A DNA stretch of 34,925 nt from Octopus sinensis. Its lineage: Eukaryota. The notes under the pieces were generated by a model that did no database searches, was not told the origin of the DNA, and saw only the letters and a list, made by a program, of their open reading frames with translations. The stretch covers positions 1 through 34,925 of the forward strand of contig NW_021835618.1 of NCBI RefSeq assembly GCF_006345805.1, read 5' to 3'. The first letter of the stretch is position 1, and the number at the start of each line of letters is the position of its first letter. The translations under genes were made by a program, and so were the position numbers. Of this stretch, positions 12,012 through 23,696 are shown in pieces.

Positions 12012-12244
12012 CCGGTTTATAAGGTTACCCAGGGTTTTGCACCCATAAAGCGCTTAACTTTACACACGGCTCATCAGACCCTAATGGCGGGTGGCTTATA
12101 ACCCCTCTTCAAAACGGAGGGAGAAAAGGACTTTTTAAACCGTTTTGAAGAGAGGTTATAGGCCAACGGCCATTGAGTTCTACTGAGGCGTTATAAACCT
12201 AAGCGCTTTATGGACGTGAAACTCTGAATAAAGTTATAAGCCGG
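12012..12244. mobile_element. Foldback/MITE-like imperfect palindrome
   Basis: Arms 12012-12117 and 12140-12244 are reverse complements (e.g. ccataaagcgctta / taagcgctttatgg; tcttcaaaacgg / ccgttttgaaga). Confidence 0.75.
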
Positions 12245-12310
12245 CCAAACAGACACAGAATGGCATGTTGAAAAACATAATAAATGCACAGAAGAATGCA
12301 AAATAGACAC

Positions 12311-12714
12311 GTGTGTGGAAGCACTCTCTCTCTAGCACTCCGTCGGATACGACGATGAGGGTTCCGGTTGATCCCAATCAACGGAACAGCCTGCTCGCGA
12401 AATTAACGTGTAAGTGGCTGAGCACTCCACAGACACGTGTACCCTTAACGTAGTTCTCGGGGATATTCAGCGTGACACAGAGAGTGACAAGGCCGGCCCT
12501 TTGAAATACAGGTACAACAGAAACAGGAAGTAAGAGTGAGAGAGAAAGTTGTGGCGAAAGAGTACAGTAGGGATCACCACCATCCCTGTCGGAGCCTCGT
12601 GGAGCTTTTAGGTGTTTTCGCTCAATAAACACTCACAACGCCCGATCTGGGAATCGAAACCGCGATCCTACGACCGCGAGTCCGCTGCCCTAACCACTGG
12701 GCCATTACGCCTCC
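12311..12714 (-). mobile_element. SINE family B, full length, 11-bp TSD
   Basis: Aligns with 3259-3647. TSD aaaatagacac at 12300-12310 and 12715-12725. Confidence 0.9.
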
Positions 12715-12779
12715 AAAATAGACACAGAAGGTCTCCAACTCCTTACCAGTTATTGGCCAGAGTCAAACGCAATATATAC

Positions 12780-13795
12780 AGGATGTCTTAAAAGTCACTG
12801 ATGGGTTTTAATTTTTAATAATTTCTTTAACCTTACAAATAATTTATAAGAGTTAATGACACGGTTTTTGAAAGCTAAGTAAACCTTTTCTATTTAAGAT
12901 TTTTTTAAAGATGTTTTAAGAAGTTTTATTGTATTGTATTGTATACTATATAACTACTGATTGTTAATTTGATTCTATAATTATTTAGTTGTTGATGATA
13001 TGTATTTAATTATTAGCTTATAACTGTACGTTATTTGTAAGATATTACTAAGCCAATGAGATAAATAGTTATACGGTTCTTTTAAGATAGGTTATACGTT
13101 TTCAATTTGATTTTTAATCTTTAATTTTTTTAAATGTATTTCATAAATATATTATATTGATATCTATAATATTTATGTAAGTAATAATGGACTAATTAAT
13201 TTATCTATTTTTCATTATATGTCTATGTATTTATTGATAGAGTAAATTTTAGATTTAATTACTATATTTGTTGATTATAATTTAGATACTTATTTGTAAA
13301 CATTTTATAATTATTAGATGCGAACTTAAATCTAAAAATATGAATAGTGATTATTTTGTTAAATAATATGGTAATTAAACATTGGACTATAACTGAGTTA
13401 AGGATATTCGAGAGTTTATTGTGTTTTTTAAAGCCATATTATATCTTCATAGATAAATACATATTTCTATCTATTTTACCTTAAAAATAAATATTTAACG
13501 TAATAAATGGGTTGTAGGAAATAATCCTTATGTTTTAAGTTTCTAATTTAGATAATGGAGTTTAATTATAAGAAAAATTATTATTTTATTTATTTATTAA
13601 AAAAATATTGTTTAACTCTATTTACTTTTTTGTTTAACTATTATCATTAACCTGAAGATTGACTATAATTTTAGTTCGAATTTATTTCAATTGAATTTAA
13701 ACTTAATTGTAATTCGAATTTAATAATAGCCATGAAACGTACGTAGTGGTTTTACTTATTATATTATATTTATCATTCTTTTTATACTTTTTGAA
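12780..13795 (-). other. Very AT-rich non-simple segment, possibly a fossil Penelope-like RT
   Basis: Scattered minus-strand hints in different frames: YEDIIW (YxDD-like), FLDL at 13327-13338, YKMFTNKYLNYN at 13274-13309. Many stops. Confidence 0.25.
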
Positions 13796-13921
13796 TGTAT
13801 GATACATACATACAAAAATATCCTGTTATTGATGTTAAAATTCCAATGAAGGAGCCTCGGATCTAGGTTAGAAACCGGTTCTTTCTCTATTGGCAAGAAA
13901 TCTTGAAATAAAATGCATAAT

Positions 13922-14592
13922 GACATACATACACACATACATAAATAAATACATACATACATACACACATACATACATACATACATACATACATACATGC
14001 ATACATACATACATACATACATTCATATACATACATACATACATACATACATACATACATACATACATACATACATGCATACATACACGCATACATACAT
14101 ACATACATATATACATACATACACATATACATACATACATACATACATACATACATACATACATACATACATACACACATACATACATACATACATACAT
14201 ACATACATACATACATACATACATACATACAAACATACATACATACATACACACATACATACATACATACATACATACACACATACACACATACATACAT
14301 ACATACATACATACATACATACATACACACATACATACATACATACATACATACATGCATACACACGTACATACATACATAATACATACATACATACTTA
14401 CATACACACATACATACATACATACATACATACATACATACACACATACATACATACATGCATACATACATACATACACACATACATACATACATACATA
14501 CATACATACATACATACATACATACATACATACATACATACATACATACATACACACATACACACATACATACATACATACATACATACATA
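13922..14592. repeat. (TACA)n tetranucleotide array
   Basis: Direct reading; source of the 200+ aa MYVC/HTYI ORFs. Confidence 0.97.
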
Positions 14593-15221
14593 AATAAAAA
14601 TACTTTTTGATAGAAATTTTGTTATTTTTTCATTCAGAACTCGAAGCGCAGCAGGAAACCTATGGTAGCAGACAAGCAAGAATGGTTATTCATCCACCTT
14701 CCCGGTGTTGAGTTTTCATTCTTCCATTTCGACTCCTAACGTATGCTGAAAGAATTCTTGCTTTTAGCGGTGATGACGACGACGACGACGACGGTGGTGG
14801 TAGTGGTGGTGGTGGTGGTTGCGTTGGTGGTGGTGGTGATAAAGGCAATAGGGTGTCTTGCTGATCGACAGACTGGGGTTGCTGAGAGAAACGGCGTCGT
14901 AGTCGCATGCGGCATCGTATGCTGCTGTCCTCGCTACCTTCTTTGATTTATGATGGTAATGATTCCATCATCTCCGTGATTGTTGTTGTTATTGTTGTTG
15001 TTGTTCTTCTTCTTCTTCTTCTTCTTGTCATCGTTGTTCTTGCTGTCGTCGTCTGCATCATCGTCGTCGTTCTTAATTATTCTCTGTTTATCCTCTTTTT
15101 TTGCTTTTGTTACTACAGGAACGATTCGCTTGGAGAAATCTGTTTGAATCTGCAAACGATCCGGCACGGGTGACTGGAAAGAGAACCTGCCTTGGCGACA
15201 GTCGTTCTTCACACTGGAGGC

Positions 15222-15241
15222 AAACACACACACGCACACGC

Positions 15242-15284
<43 letters not shown>

Positions 15285-15305
15285 TGCATGCACACACACA
15301 CACGC

Positions 15306-15352
<47 letters not shown>

Positions 15353-15393
15353 TGCATGCACACACACACACACGCACACGCACACACGCACGC

Positions 15394-15436
<43 letters not shown>

Positions 15437-15458
15437 TGCATGCACACACACACACACG

Positions 15459-15497
<39 letters not shown>

Positions 15498-15545
15498 TGC
15501 ATGCACACACATACGCATGCACACACATACGCGTGCATACACATG
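15222..15545. repeat. (CA)n array with catg/cg interruptions
   Basis: Direct reading. Confidence 0.95.
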
Positions 15546-15647
15546 CACGCCTGCGCAGAAATACGCAATATGAGGGAGAGGGAGAGGGAGAGAGAGAGTG
15601 TGTTGTGTTACCCTTTATTAATCGAATGCAATTGACAAGAACACACA

Positions 15648-15678
<31 letters not shown>

Positions 15679-15979
15679 TCAGGCGAATGGAGAGAAATAT
15701 GCGGACGCAGGCATGATCAGAGTGAATGAGAGGAAGAGAGAGACTGACAAACAAGCAGAGAGAGAGGCAGGTAGACAGATAGACAGGCAAAGAGAGCAAG
15801 AGAGAGAAGGGGTGAGAGAGAGACATTACAACTAATTGATTGAATATGATTGGCATAAATGATTTCTCTTTCTTCATACATATAAACAGATATATGCTAA
15901 CACAGGCATAATCAGAGGGAATGATAGAGAGAGAGAGAGAGAGAGAGAAACAGACAGACAGACAAACAGACTGATAGGC

Positions 15980-16014
<35 letters not shown>

Positions 16015-16029
16015 AAGAGAGCAATAAGC

Positions 16030-16330
16030 ACCAAGGGGCATGCTCAACTGGTTATGGTCAAACAATTGACAAGCAAATTTGTGGTATTGAGCAGAATATT
16101 TGCTGTAGCCCATCTTTTATACCAAGACAAAACAATGTTCATGATAACACTTCCAATCAGTTAAGATCAGAAGCCATGAGAGCCACTGCCTGGAACTGCA
16201 TCAAGGCATTAAAGCAAATCTGTGGTATTGAGCAGAATATTTGCTGTAGCCCATCTTTTATACCAAGACAAAACAATGTACATGATAACACTTCCAATCA
16301 GTTAAGATCAGAAGCCATGAGAGCCACTGC
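16030..16330 (+). mobile_element. Partial copy of the 1591-2147 element with an internal ~140-bp tandem duplication
   Basis: agcaaat(t/c)tgtggtattgagcagaatatttgc...gagagccactgc occurs twice (about 16072 and 16213) and is the reverse complement of 1600-1740. Confidence 0.85.
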
Positions 16331-16420
16331 ATTTGATCACTATAAACGAATCATTTCTGCTGGTCGTTTGGTAAAAATCTGAACCTACATTCGTCGGTAG
16401 AACCCACCACCAAAATCATT

Positions 16421-16456
<36 letters not shown>

Positions 16457-16877
16457 GTCGTCGTCATCATCATCATTAATATTGTTGTTGTTATCATTAT
16501 TTATTTATTATTGTTATTATTTATCTATTTATAATTATTATTATTTAATTATTTATTATTAGTATTATTATTATTATTATTATTACTTTTATTTATTTAT
16601 CATTATTGTTTTGTTATTATTTATTTATTATTATTATTATTATTTATTTATATATTATCATTATTATTATTATTATTATCATTATTATAATTATTATTAT
16701 TATTATTATTATTATTATCATTATTATTATTATTAGTTGTATTCGTGGGGCTTCGAATAACCATTTATCTTCTGAAGATAAGCTTATACAAAAGGGAACG
16801 CATCAGATACGATTATTGAGCGATAAGAGGGGAAAAAAAGAGAAAAACACGAATTTTAAAAAAATGAATTTGGACAC

Positions 16878-17445
16878 TGTCCGGGGACACGAAATTTTTT
16901 TTCGCACGAGAGTTTCGGACCCCAGTTATAAACTCATTTGCATACAGCCAATCAGAGCTCAACTTTCAAACTAATTTATGAGCGCATAATAAGTGATGGG
17001 TGATAAGACAAGATCCCTTGGGTAAGGAATGACCCTGCTTCCTTTCTCTTTTAATAATGCTTGTTGTTCTTGTTCTTGTTTCAACCATGGCTGCCTCTGC
17101 GTAGTTATTTGTGTTGTTGCTTACTTTGTAAAACTGTAAGGGGAGAGAGTTGGTAGCACATCACCTTCTGCCCACGTTTTCTCCCATATTTACCATATGG
17201 GGCCCTAAGAAAATCCCATAATAGGTACAGATGCAAATCTATCTAATTACTTGTCCCATTCTAAAATCAGGCATAACTTGGCGATCGGTCGACTTACAAC
17301 ACCGTTCTTGGTCCTGAGTTTACTTGTTAGAGTGGGTTTGTTAACTTGACACGGTCAAGGTGAGCTCTCATTGGTTGTATGCAAATGAGTTTATTACTGA
17401 GGTCCGGAACTCTAGCGGGAAAAAAAAAATTCGTGTCCGGGACTA
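16878..17445. mobile_element. Non-autonomous TIR element, ~85-bp imperfect TIRs
   Basis: 16878-16960 matches the reverse complement of 17362-17445 (ggacacgaa-T run...gagtt.cggacc.cagt.ataaactcatttgcataca.ccaat.agagctc). Confidence 0.75.
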
Positions 17446-18276
17446 TTTCACAGATCGTCATTGAATGCTGTCATTCAACAAAATATACACTCACACAAAA
17501 TATACACTCACACTTGTAGCAGCACAAGCAGCCAGCGCATATTGGATGAGATCTCGAGGCAGCCATTGCGATCTCCGACACTGGAGCGAGACCTCACCTG
17601 CATCCATTTGCCATGCGCGAGATCACAACGAGGCTCGTCGTGGAGAAAACTATGTAAAGGGAAAAACCCTCTTCAAATTCCTCTTCTTCGGCGCCACTAC
17701 ACAGCAGCGCTTGCTGAACACACCACTGGCTGAAGGCAATTTGCACCCGCACTATCGAAACTTAAGATGGTAGCTGAGAGCAGCACACTTCACCTTTCCT
17801 GTAAATAAACCCGTTGGAAATAGCAGTTATACTTGAAGTCTTTTCTCTTTGCCTGCCGGAAGCCTGAACTACACAAGGAACCAAAAATGGTGGAAGAAAA
17901 CGATATTCTTCCAATATCGTAAACCTTGCCTTCCATTATTAAACACTGAATAAAAAATAGAAGGTGCAATAAAAACAAATATTTGACTACGCGAACAATT
18001 TCATCAGTGATCATTGGTCGACAGAGTTAACAATCGAGTCTGTAAAAAGTGTGAGGAATGCTACAGTTTAATTTTACGGTGCCGTGAACAAGAAAACTGG
18101 TGGTACTGATATTAATAATAGTAATAACAATATTAATAGAGATCGTAACGTTACTGCTATCTACGATAAATATAAACTACAATTAGAGCAGAAAAGACAT
18201 AACTTCTTCCGGTCACATATTTCTTTAGTGACAGCAAATCTGACCTTTGTCGCTATTTTTGTTGTTGCTGCTGCTG

Positions 18277-18308
<32 letters not shown>

Positions 18309-18622
18309 GGTATTTGGTAACATTCCACGGCAACTGAATTGGAAGCTGATTTATCAACAGCTTGCTAAAGTACTTGCAGGTTGAAGTAACATCCGTGAAT
18401 TGCTGGCGTGCTTTGAAAAGACCTTCACTTAAAGGTCAACACAGATTCAGGGACGTTATTAGCGACGTGCGAAGAAAGACAATAAATCACACGTTGATGA
18501 GATTCCCACAGAAGAACCATTTTGGAAGCCAAGTTTAGAAAACTTAGCTCAGAGTAGCAAGAACAGGAACCGACTTAAAGGAATTCGTAGTAATAACACA
18601 AATTAGAAAATCACTCCTCTCA

Positions 18623-18707
<85 letters not shown>

Positions 18708-18718
18708 TATTATTATTC

Positions 18719-19234
18719 AGTAGTTTTATTTTTATAGCGTGCTTTCACTTCACTACCGAGCGCAGCTCTGTGTGCCTTGGGTATGTGCTGTGATTTGTTG
18801 TGATGCTCTGATGGTTATTGTATGGAAAGTGTTCTGCGTAGGATGTGTGCAGTGCCTAGTAGTGCAATTTTCTGTATGTTATATGTGTTTGTAAGTCCTG
18901 GTGTTTTTGTTATGTATTTGTCTGAATATTTTCTTATCATGCCTAATGCACCTACTATGATAGGAATTGTTTCTGTTTTTAGATTCCACATTCTGATTAC
19001 CTCTATTTCTAGGTCTTTGTATTTTGAAAGTTTCTCCATTTCTTTTAGAGACACGTTGTCATCTGCCGGTATTGATACATGAATTAGAAAGCATTTTTTT
19101 CTTCATGGTCTCTGACAACTATATCTGGTCTGTTGGCCTTAATTTCTTTGTGTGTGTATTGGCATATCCCAGAATATGGTTGCTTTCTCGTTTTCTGTGA
19201 CCTTTTCTTGGGTGTGCCTATACCATCTGTTACC
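18719..19234 (-). mobile_element. 5'-truncated RLE-type LINE 3' end with endonuclease remnant
   Basis: WYRHTQEKVTENEKATIFWDMPIHT / EIKANRPDIVVRDHEEK / CFLIHVSIPADDNVSLKEMEKLSKYKDL...IVGALG...LLGTAHILRRTLSIQ*, with two frameshifts. This is a PD-(D/E)xK-type motif. Flanked by (ATT)n on both sides. Confidence 0.9.
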
Positions 19235-19367
19235 ATTATTATTATTATCATTATTATTATTATTATTATTATAAACAACACATAGTATACAATATCGTGA
19301 GGTTGTTGATTGAAGATATTGTGTCTGCCGGGTGTTTGTACCGTTTGTCACAACAAGGACCTCAGAC

Positions 19368-19434
19368 AGAGTCAGCAGAAGTTTCGCCATTACCTTCTGC
19401 CGGAGCCGCGTGGAGCTTACGTGTTTCGCTCATA

Positions 19435-19469
<35 letters not shown>

Positions 19470-19546
19470 TGCCCGGTCTGAGATTCGAACCCGCGATCCC
19501 TCGACTGCGAGACCGCTGCTCTAACTACTTGGCCATGTGTCTCTGC
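19368..19546 (-). mobile_element. 5' half of SINE family C
   Basis: Reverse complement of 20464-20686; truncated at gactct. Confidence 0.88.
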
Positions 19547-19592
19547 ATGAGGTGCTTATTGCTGTATATAATAATAATAATAATAATAATAA

Positions 19593-19653
<61 letters not shown>

Positions 19654-19690
19654 TATAATAATAATAATAATAATAATAAAATAATAATAA

Positions 19691-19751
<61 letters not shown>

Positions 19752-19862
19752 TGCAATACTTCTAGATTGTAGGGTATTTCTTCTTATTATTATTATTACT
19801 GTTGTTGTTTACAAATGTTATTGTTGCTTTGTAAACAACAATAACGTTAACAACAACAGCAG

Positions 19863-19893
<31 letters not shown>

Positions 19894-20008
19894 AATAATA
19901 ATAATCATAATAATAGCTTTGTTACTGACAGCCCCCATCTTGCGCAAGACGCAATCAATTCATCAGAACAGCACATGATTCAGTAGAATAGCTCAAATAG
20001 AACAAACT

Positions 20009-20444
20009 ACACGACTCACACCCTATACATACACGACTCACACCCTATACATGCACGACTCACACCCTATACATGCACGACTCACACCCTATACATGCAC
20101 GACTCACACCTTATACATGCACGACTCACAACCTATACATGCACGATTCACACCTTATACATGCACGACTCACACCCTACACATACACGACTCACACCCT
20201 ATACATACACGACTCACACCCTATACATGCACGACTCACACCCTATACATACACGACTCACACCCTATACATGCACGACTCACACCTTATACATACACGA
20301 CTCACACCCTATACATGCACGACTCACACCCTATACATGCACGACTCACACCCTATACATGCACGACTCACACCTTATACATGCACGACTCACACCCTAT
20401 ACATGCATGACTCACACCCTACACATACACGACTCACACCCTAT
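20009..20444. repeat. 22-bp minisatellite (acatgcacgactcacaccctat), about 20 copies
   Basis: Direct reading with few variant positions. Confidence 0.95.
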
Positions 20445-20463
20445 GCAGTAATAAGCATCTCAT

Positions 20464-20545
20464 GCGGAGGCACATGGCCAAGTAGTTAGAGCAGCGGACT
20501 CGCAGTCGAGGGATCGCGGGTTCCAATCTCAGACCGGGCAATGTG

Positions 20546-20619
<74 letters not shown>

Positions 20620-20844
20620 TATGAGCGAAACACCTAAGCTCCACGCGGCTCCGGCAGAAGGTAATGGCGAAACTTCTGCTGACTCTTTTGCCACAACTTT
20701 CTCTCACTCTTTCCTCCTGCATCTTGCAGCTCACCTGCGACAGACCAGCGTCCCGTCCAGGTGAGGAACCTATACGCCAAGGAAACCTGGAAACCGGCCC
20801 TTTTGAGCCTGGCATGGCTTGAGAAGGAACAAACAACAGACAGC
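20464..20844 (+). mobile_element. SINE family C, full length, 14-bp TSD, expanded internal (TG)n
   Basis: TSD aataagcatctcat at 20450-20463 and 20845-20858. Confidence 0.9.
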
Positions 20845-20904
20845 AATAAGCATCTCATACTATAAAACAGCAGAGACTTGCGCAGCATATATTAATACGT
20901 GATC

Positions 20905-21076
20905 AGGCGCAGGAGTGGCTGTGTGGTAAGTAGTTTGCTAACCAACCACATGATTCCGGGTTCAGTCCCACTGCGTGACATCTTGGGCAAGTGTCTTCTG
21001 CTATAGCCCCGGGCCGACCAATGCCTTGTGAGTGGATTTGGTAGACGGAAACTGAAAGAAACCTGTCGTATATATG

Positions 21077-21130
<54 letters not shown>

Positions 21131-21378
21131 TGTGTCTGTGTTTGTCCCCCTAGCATTGCCTGACAACCGATGCTGGTGTGTTTACGTCCCCGTCACTTAG
21201 CGGTTCGGCAAAAAGAGACCGATAGAATAAGTACTGGGCTTACAAAAAAGAATAAGTCCCGGGGGGGGTCGAGTTGCTCGACTAAAAAAAGGCGGTGCTC
21301 CAGCATGGCCGCAGTCAAAATGACTGAAACAAGTAAAAGAGAAAAAGAGAAAAAGAAAAAGAGAAAAAGAGAAAAAGA
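20905..21378 (+). mobile_element. SINE family A, full length
   Basis: Aligns with 1141-1536; internal (TA)n(TG)n; (GAAAAA)n-like tail. Confidence 0.9.
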
Positions 21379-21646
21379 GAGATCAAAGGCCCCTAAAATA
21401 ACAGACACTAATATAACAACAACAAAAAAGCACAAGAAACTAGAGCCCCCCATGACAAAGAAAACAAACTGGTGCAGAACGCCAGAAGGCGGAGCAAACA
21501 CGCCTCCGTTTCCCCCCCCCGCCCCCCCCCCCACGAAAATATAAGAATTAATACCGCTCTCACCCCCAGGAACCAGGTGGTGCAAGCAGGTGGTGCGGTG
21601 AAGACTTTCAGGTAATTACCTAAGGAAAACAGCGAAAACGGCAAGG

Positions 21647-21821
21647 AGGAGGAGGAGGAGGAGGAGGAGAAGAAGGAGGAGGAGGAGGAGGAGGAGGAGG
21701 AGAAGAAGAAGAAGAAGAAGGAGGAGGAGGAGGAGGAGGAGGAGGAGATGATGATGATGATGATGAAGAAAAAGAAGAAGAAGAGGAAGAAGAAGAAGGA
21801 GGAGGAGGAGGAGGAGGAGGA

Positions 21822-21857
<36 letters not shown>

Positions 21858-21912
21858 GAAAAAGAAGAAGAAGAGAAGAAGAAGAAGGAGGAGGAGGAGG
21901 AGGAGGAGGAGG

Positions 21913-21953
<41 letters not shown>

Positions 21954-21959
21954 GAAAAA

Positions 21960-21994
<35 letters not shown>

Positions 21995-21998
21995 AGAA

Positions 21999-22038
<40 letters not shown>

Positions 22039-22100
22039 TTGATGATGTTGATGATGAAGAAAAAGAAGAAGAAGAAGAAGAAGAAGAAGAAGAAGATGAA

Positions 22101-22133
<33 letters not shown>

Positions 22134-22230
22134 GAAGAAGAAGAAGAAGAAGAAAAGAAGAAGAAGAAGAAGAAGAAGAAGAAGAAGAAGAAGAAGAAGA
22201 AGAATAAGAAGAAGAAGAAGAAGAAGAAGA
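21647..22230. repeat. Compound (GAG)n/(GAA)n/(GAT)n array
   Basis: Direct reading; source of the poly-M/K/R/E ORF. Confidence 0.95.
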
Positions 22231-22231
22231 A

Positions 22232-22928
22232 ACCAGTTACATCAAATGCAGAATAGACAACATATCAGAAAGGGGTAAGTGCAGAATTTGTGGACAAAAT
22301 AGTGGAACCGTATGGCATATTACCAGTCAATCTACGCCACTCGCCCAGAAAGAAGATGACGACATATGACGACATAGCAAGGATTGTCCATTGGACACTT
22401 TGCAACAGGTATGGACTTGACACAGCAAAAAAGTGGTATAACATGAACCCGAAGGCATCATCGCAAATGATAATACAAAGATCCTGTGGGATTTTATGAT
22501 TCAGCGCGACCATGAGATAGAGAATAGGAAACCAGACATAGTTTTAATTGAGAAAGAAAGCAAACGATGCTGGATCATAGATATAGCATGCGCAGCTGAT
22601 AACAAAGTATGCGATAAGGAAGAAAGAAAAGTCGAGAGATATGACAGGTTAGCTTGGGAGGTTAAGCAGTTATGGTCGCTGAAAAAGGTGGTAGTAGTAG
22701 TGCCAATAATTGTCGGAGGCCTGGGAACAGTGAGTAAAAATCTTGAGAAGTACGTGGAACAAATAGGGGCTGCAATAAAAGTGGAGCACTTGCAGAAAAC
22801 AACACTGCTTGGAACCGCTCGAATACTCCGGAAGGTGCTCGAAAAATAAGGGGGGTTATCTTAGTTCACTGGTAGTGAACAGCTGACACCATAGTACATG
22901 TCCAGCGTTAGAAGCTGTGCAAAGGCAA
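22232..22928 (+). mobile_element. RLE-type LINE 3' end: CCHC knuckle remnant plus restriction-like endonuclease
   Basis: TSYIKCRIDNISERGKCRICGQNSGTVWHITSQS (last C lost), DDIARIVHWTLC...KWY, KILWDFMIQRDHEIENRKPDIVLIEKESKRCWIIDIAC...ERKVERYDRL...LLGTARILRKVLEK*. Frameshifted; (TAA/TGA)n tail. Confidence 0.92.
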
Positions 22929-22992
22929 TGATAATAATAATGATGATGATGATGATGATGATGATAATCATAATAGTAATAATAATAATAAT

Positions 22993-23298
22993 AGCAAAGG
23001 GGCTGATTGCTACCTATCTCAGATACCAGGAAACCCCCAAATGGCAGAAATTCAAAAGATAGTGCTCATGGGAACTGCTCATATCCTACGCAAAATACTT
23101 TCTTTGTAATCTCAAGTTTTAAAACAAACATAATTTTCGTATGGTTTTTTAGATATTCACTAGTACAACACTAAGTACAAAACCAAATATATGGCACCCT
23201 AGGCATAACACCAACATGAACTTCTAACTTGTTTCTTGAGATCTCTGGGTGAGACTTGGAACCGACTTCTACAAAAGTAAAGCAAAAGTAGAACATAA

Positions 23299-23340
<42 letters not shown>
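22993..23340 (+). mobile_element. RLE-type LINE 3' end, same family as 778-1140
   Basis: Near-identical sequence including the 3' UTR, truncated at almost the same 5' point. Confidence 0.85.
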
Positions 23341-23345
<5 letters not shown>

Positions 23346-23419
23346 CAACAACAACAACAACAACAACAATAATAATACCAGATATTGTTGTGAAAGACCA
23401 AAAACAAGACATTCTGATC

Positions 23420-23682
23420 TCCATGTGTCTAACACACGTGGACATGCCTACAAAGTCAGAAAACAATACAGCTCCCATGACTTTCGGAAACATTTTTTCA
23501 CGCTCAGAGTTGCTGAAGCATGGAATAAACTGCCTGCGTCAGTTGTTGACTGCCATGACACTGCATCTTTTAAGGCCCTCATGCTTTCCGAAATCCGCCC
23601 AAACTACACCTGATTATATATACACTTTAGATGAGTTGTAGTGCACCTGAGCACTGTACACAATTATTATTATTATTATTAT
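23420..23682 (+). mobile_element. CR1/L2-clade LINE 3' end with (ATT)n tail
   Basis: SNTRGHAYKVRKQYSSHDFRKHFFTLRVAEAWNKLPASVVDCHDTASFKALM matches the TRGH...R..FF..RV...WN.LP..VV...SFK C-terminus of CR1/L2-type ORF2. Confidence 0.85.
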
Positions 23683-23696
23683 TTTTAAAATAAAGT

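Noticed and set aside
12780-13795. Mitochondrial insertion (NUMT)
   Set aside because: AT content fits, but the frames tried under the invertebrate mitochondrial code hit stops quickly and no rRNA or tRNA motif was recognised; not formally excluded without alignment.
13868-14597. 200+ aa MYVC/HTYI ORFs, and similar ORFs at 360-800, 14934-15835 and 29117-31359
   Set aside because: Translations of TACA/CA/TA microsatellites.
20051-20489. HDSHPIHARLTPYTCTT repeat peptides
   Set aside because: Products of the 22-bp minisatellite cycling through frames.
21748-22278. Poly-M/K/R/E ORF, and poly-D/M ORFs at 3931-4426 and 24281-24730
   Set aside because: Trinucleotide arrays without stops in one frame; no splice or domain evidence.
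22232-22849. Functional endonuclease gene or active retrotransposon
   Set aside because: No RT domain, frameshifts, a broken CCHC and 5' truncation against a microsatellite.
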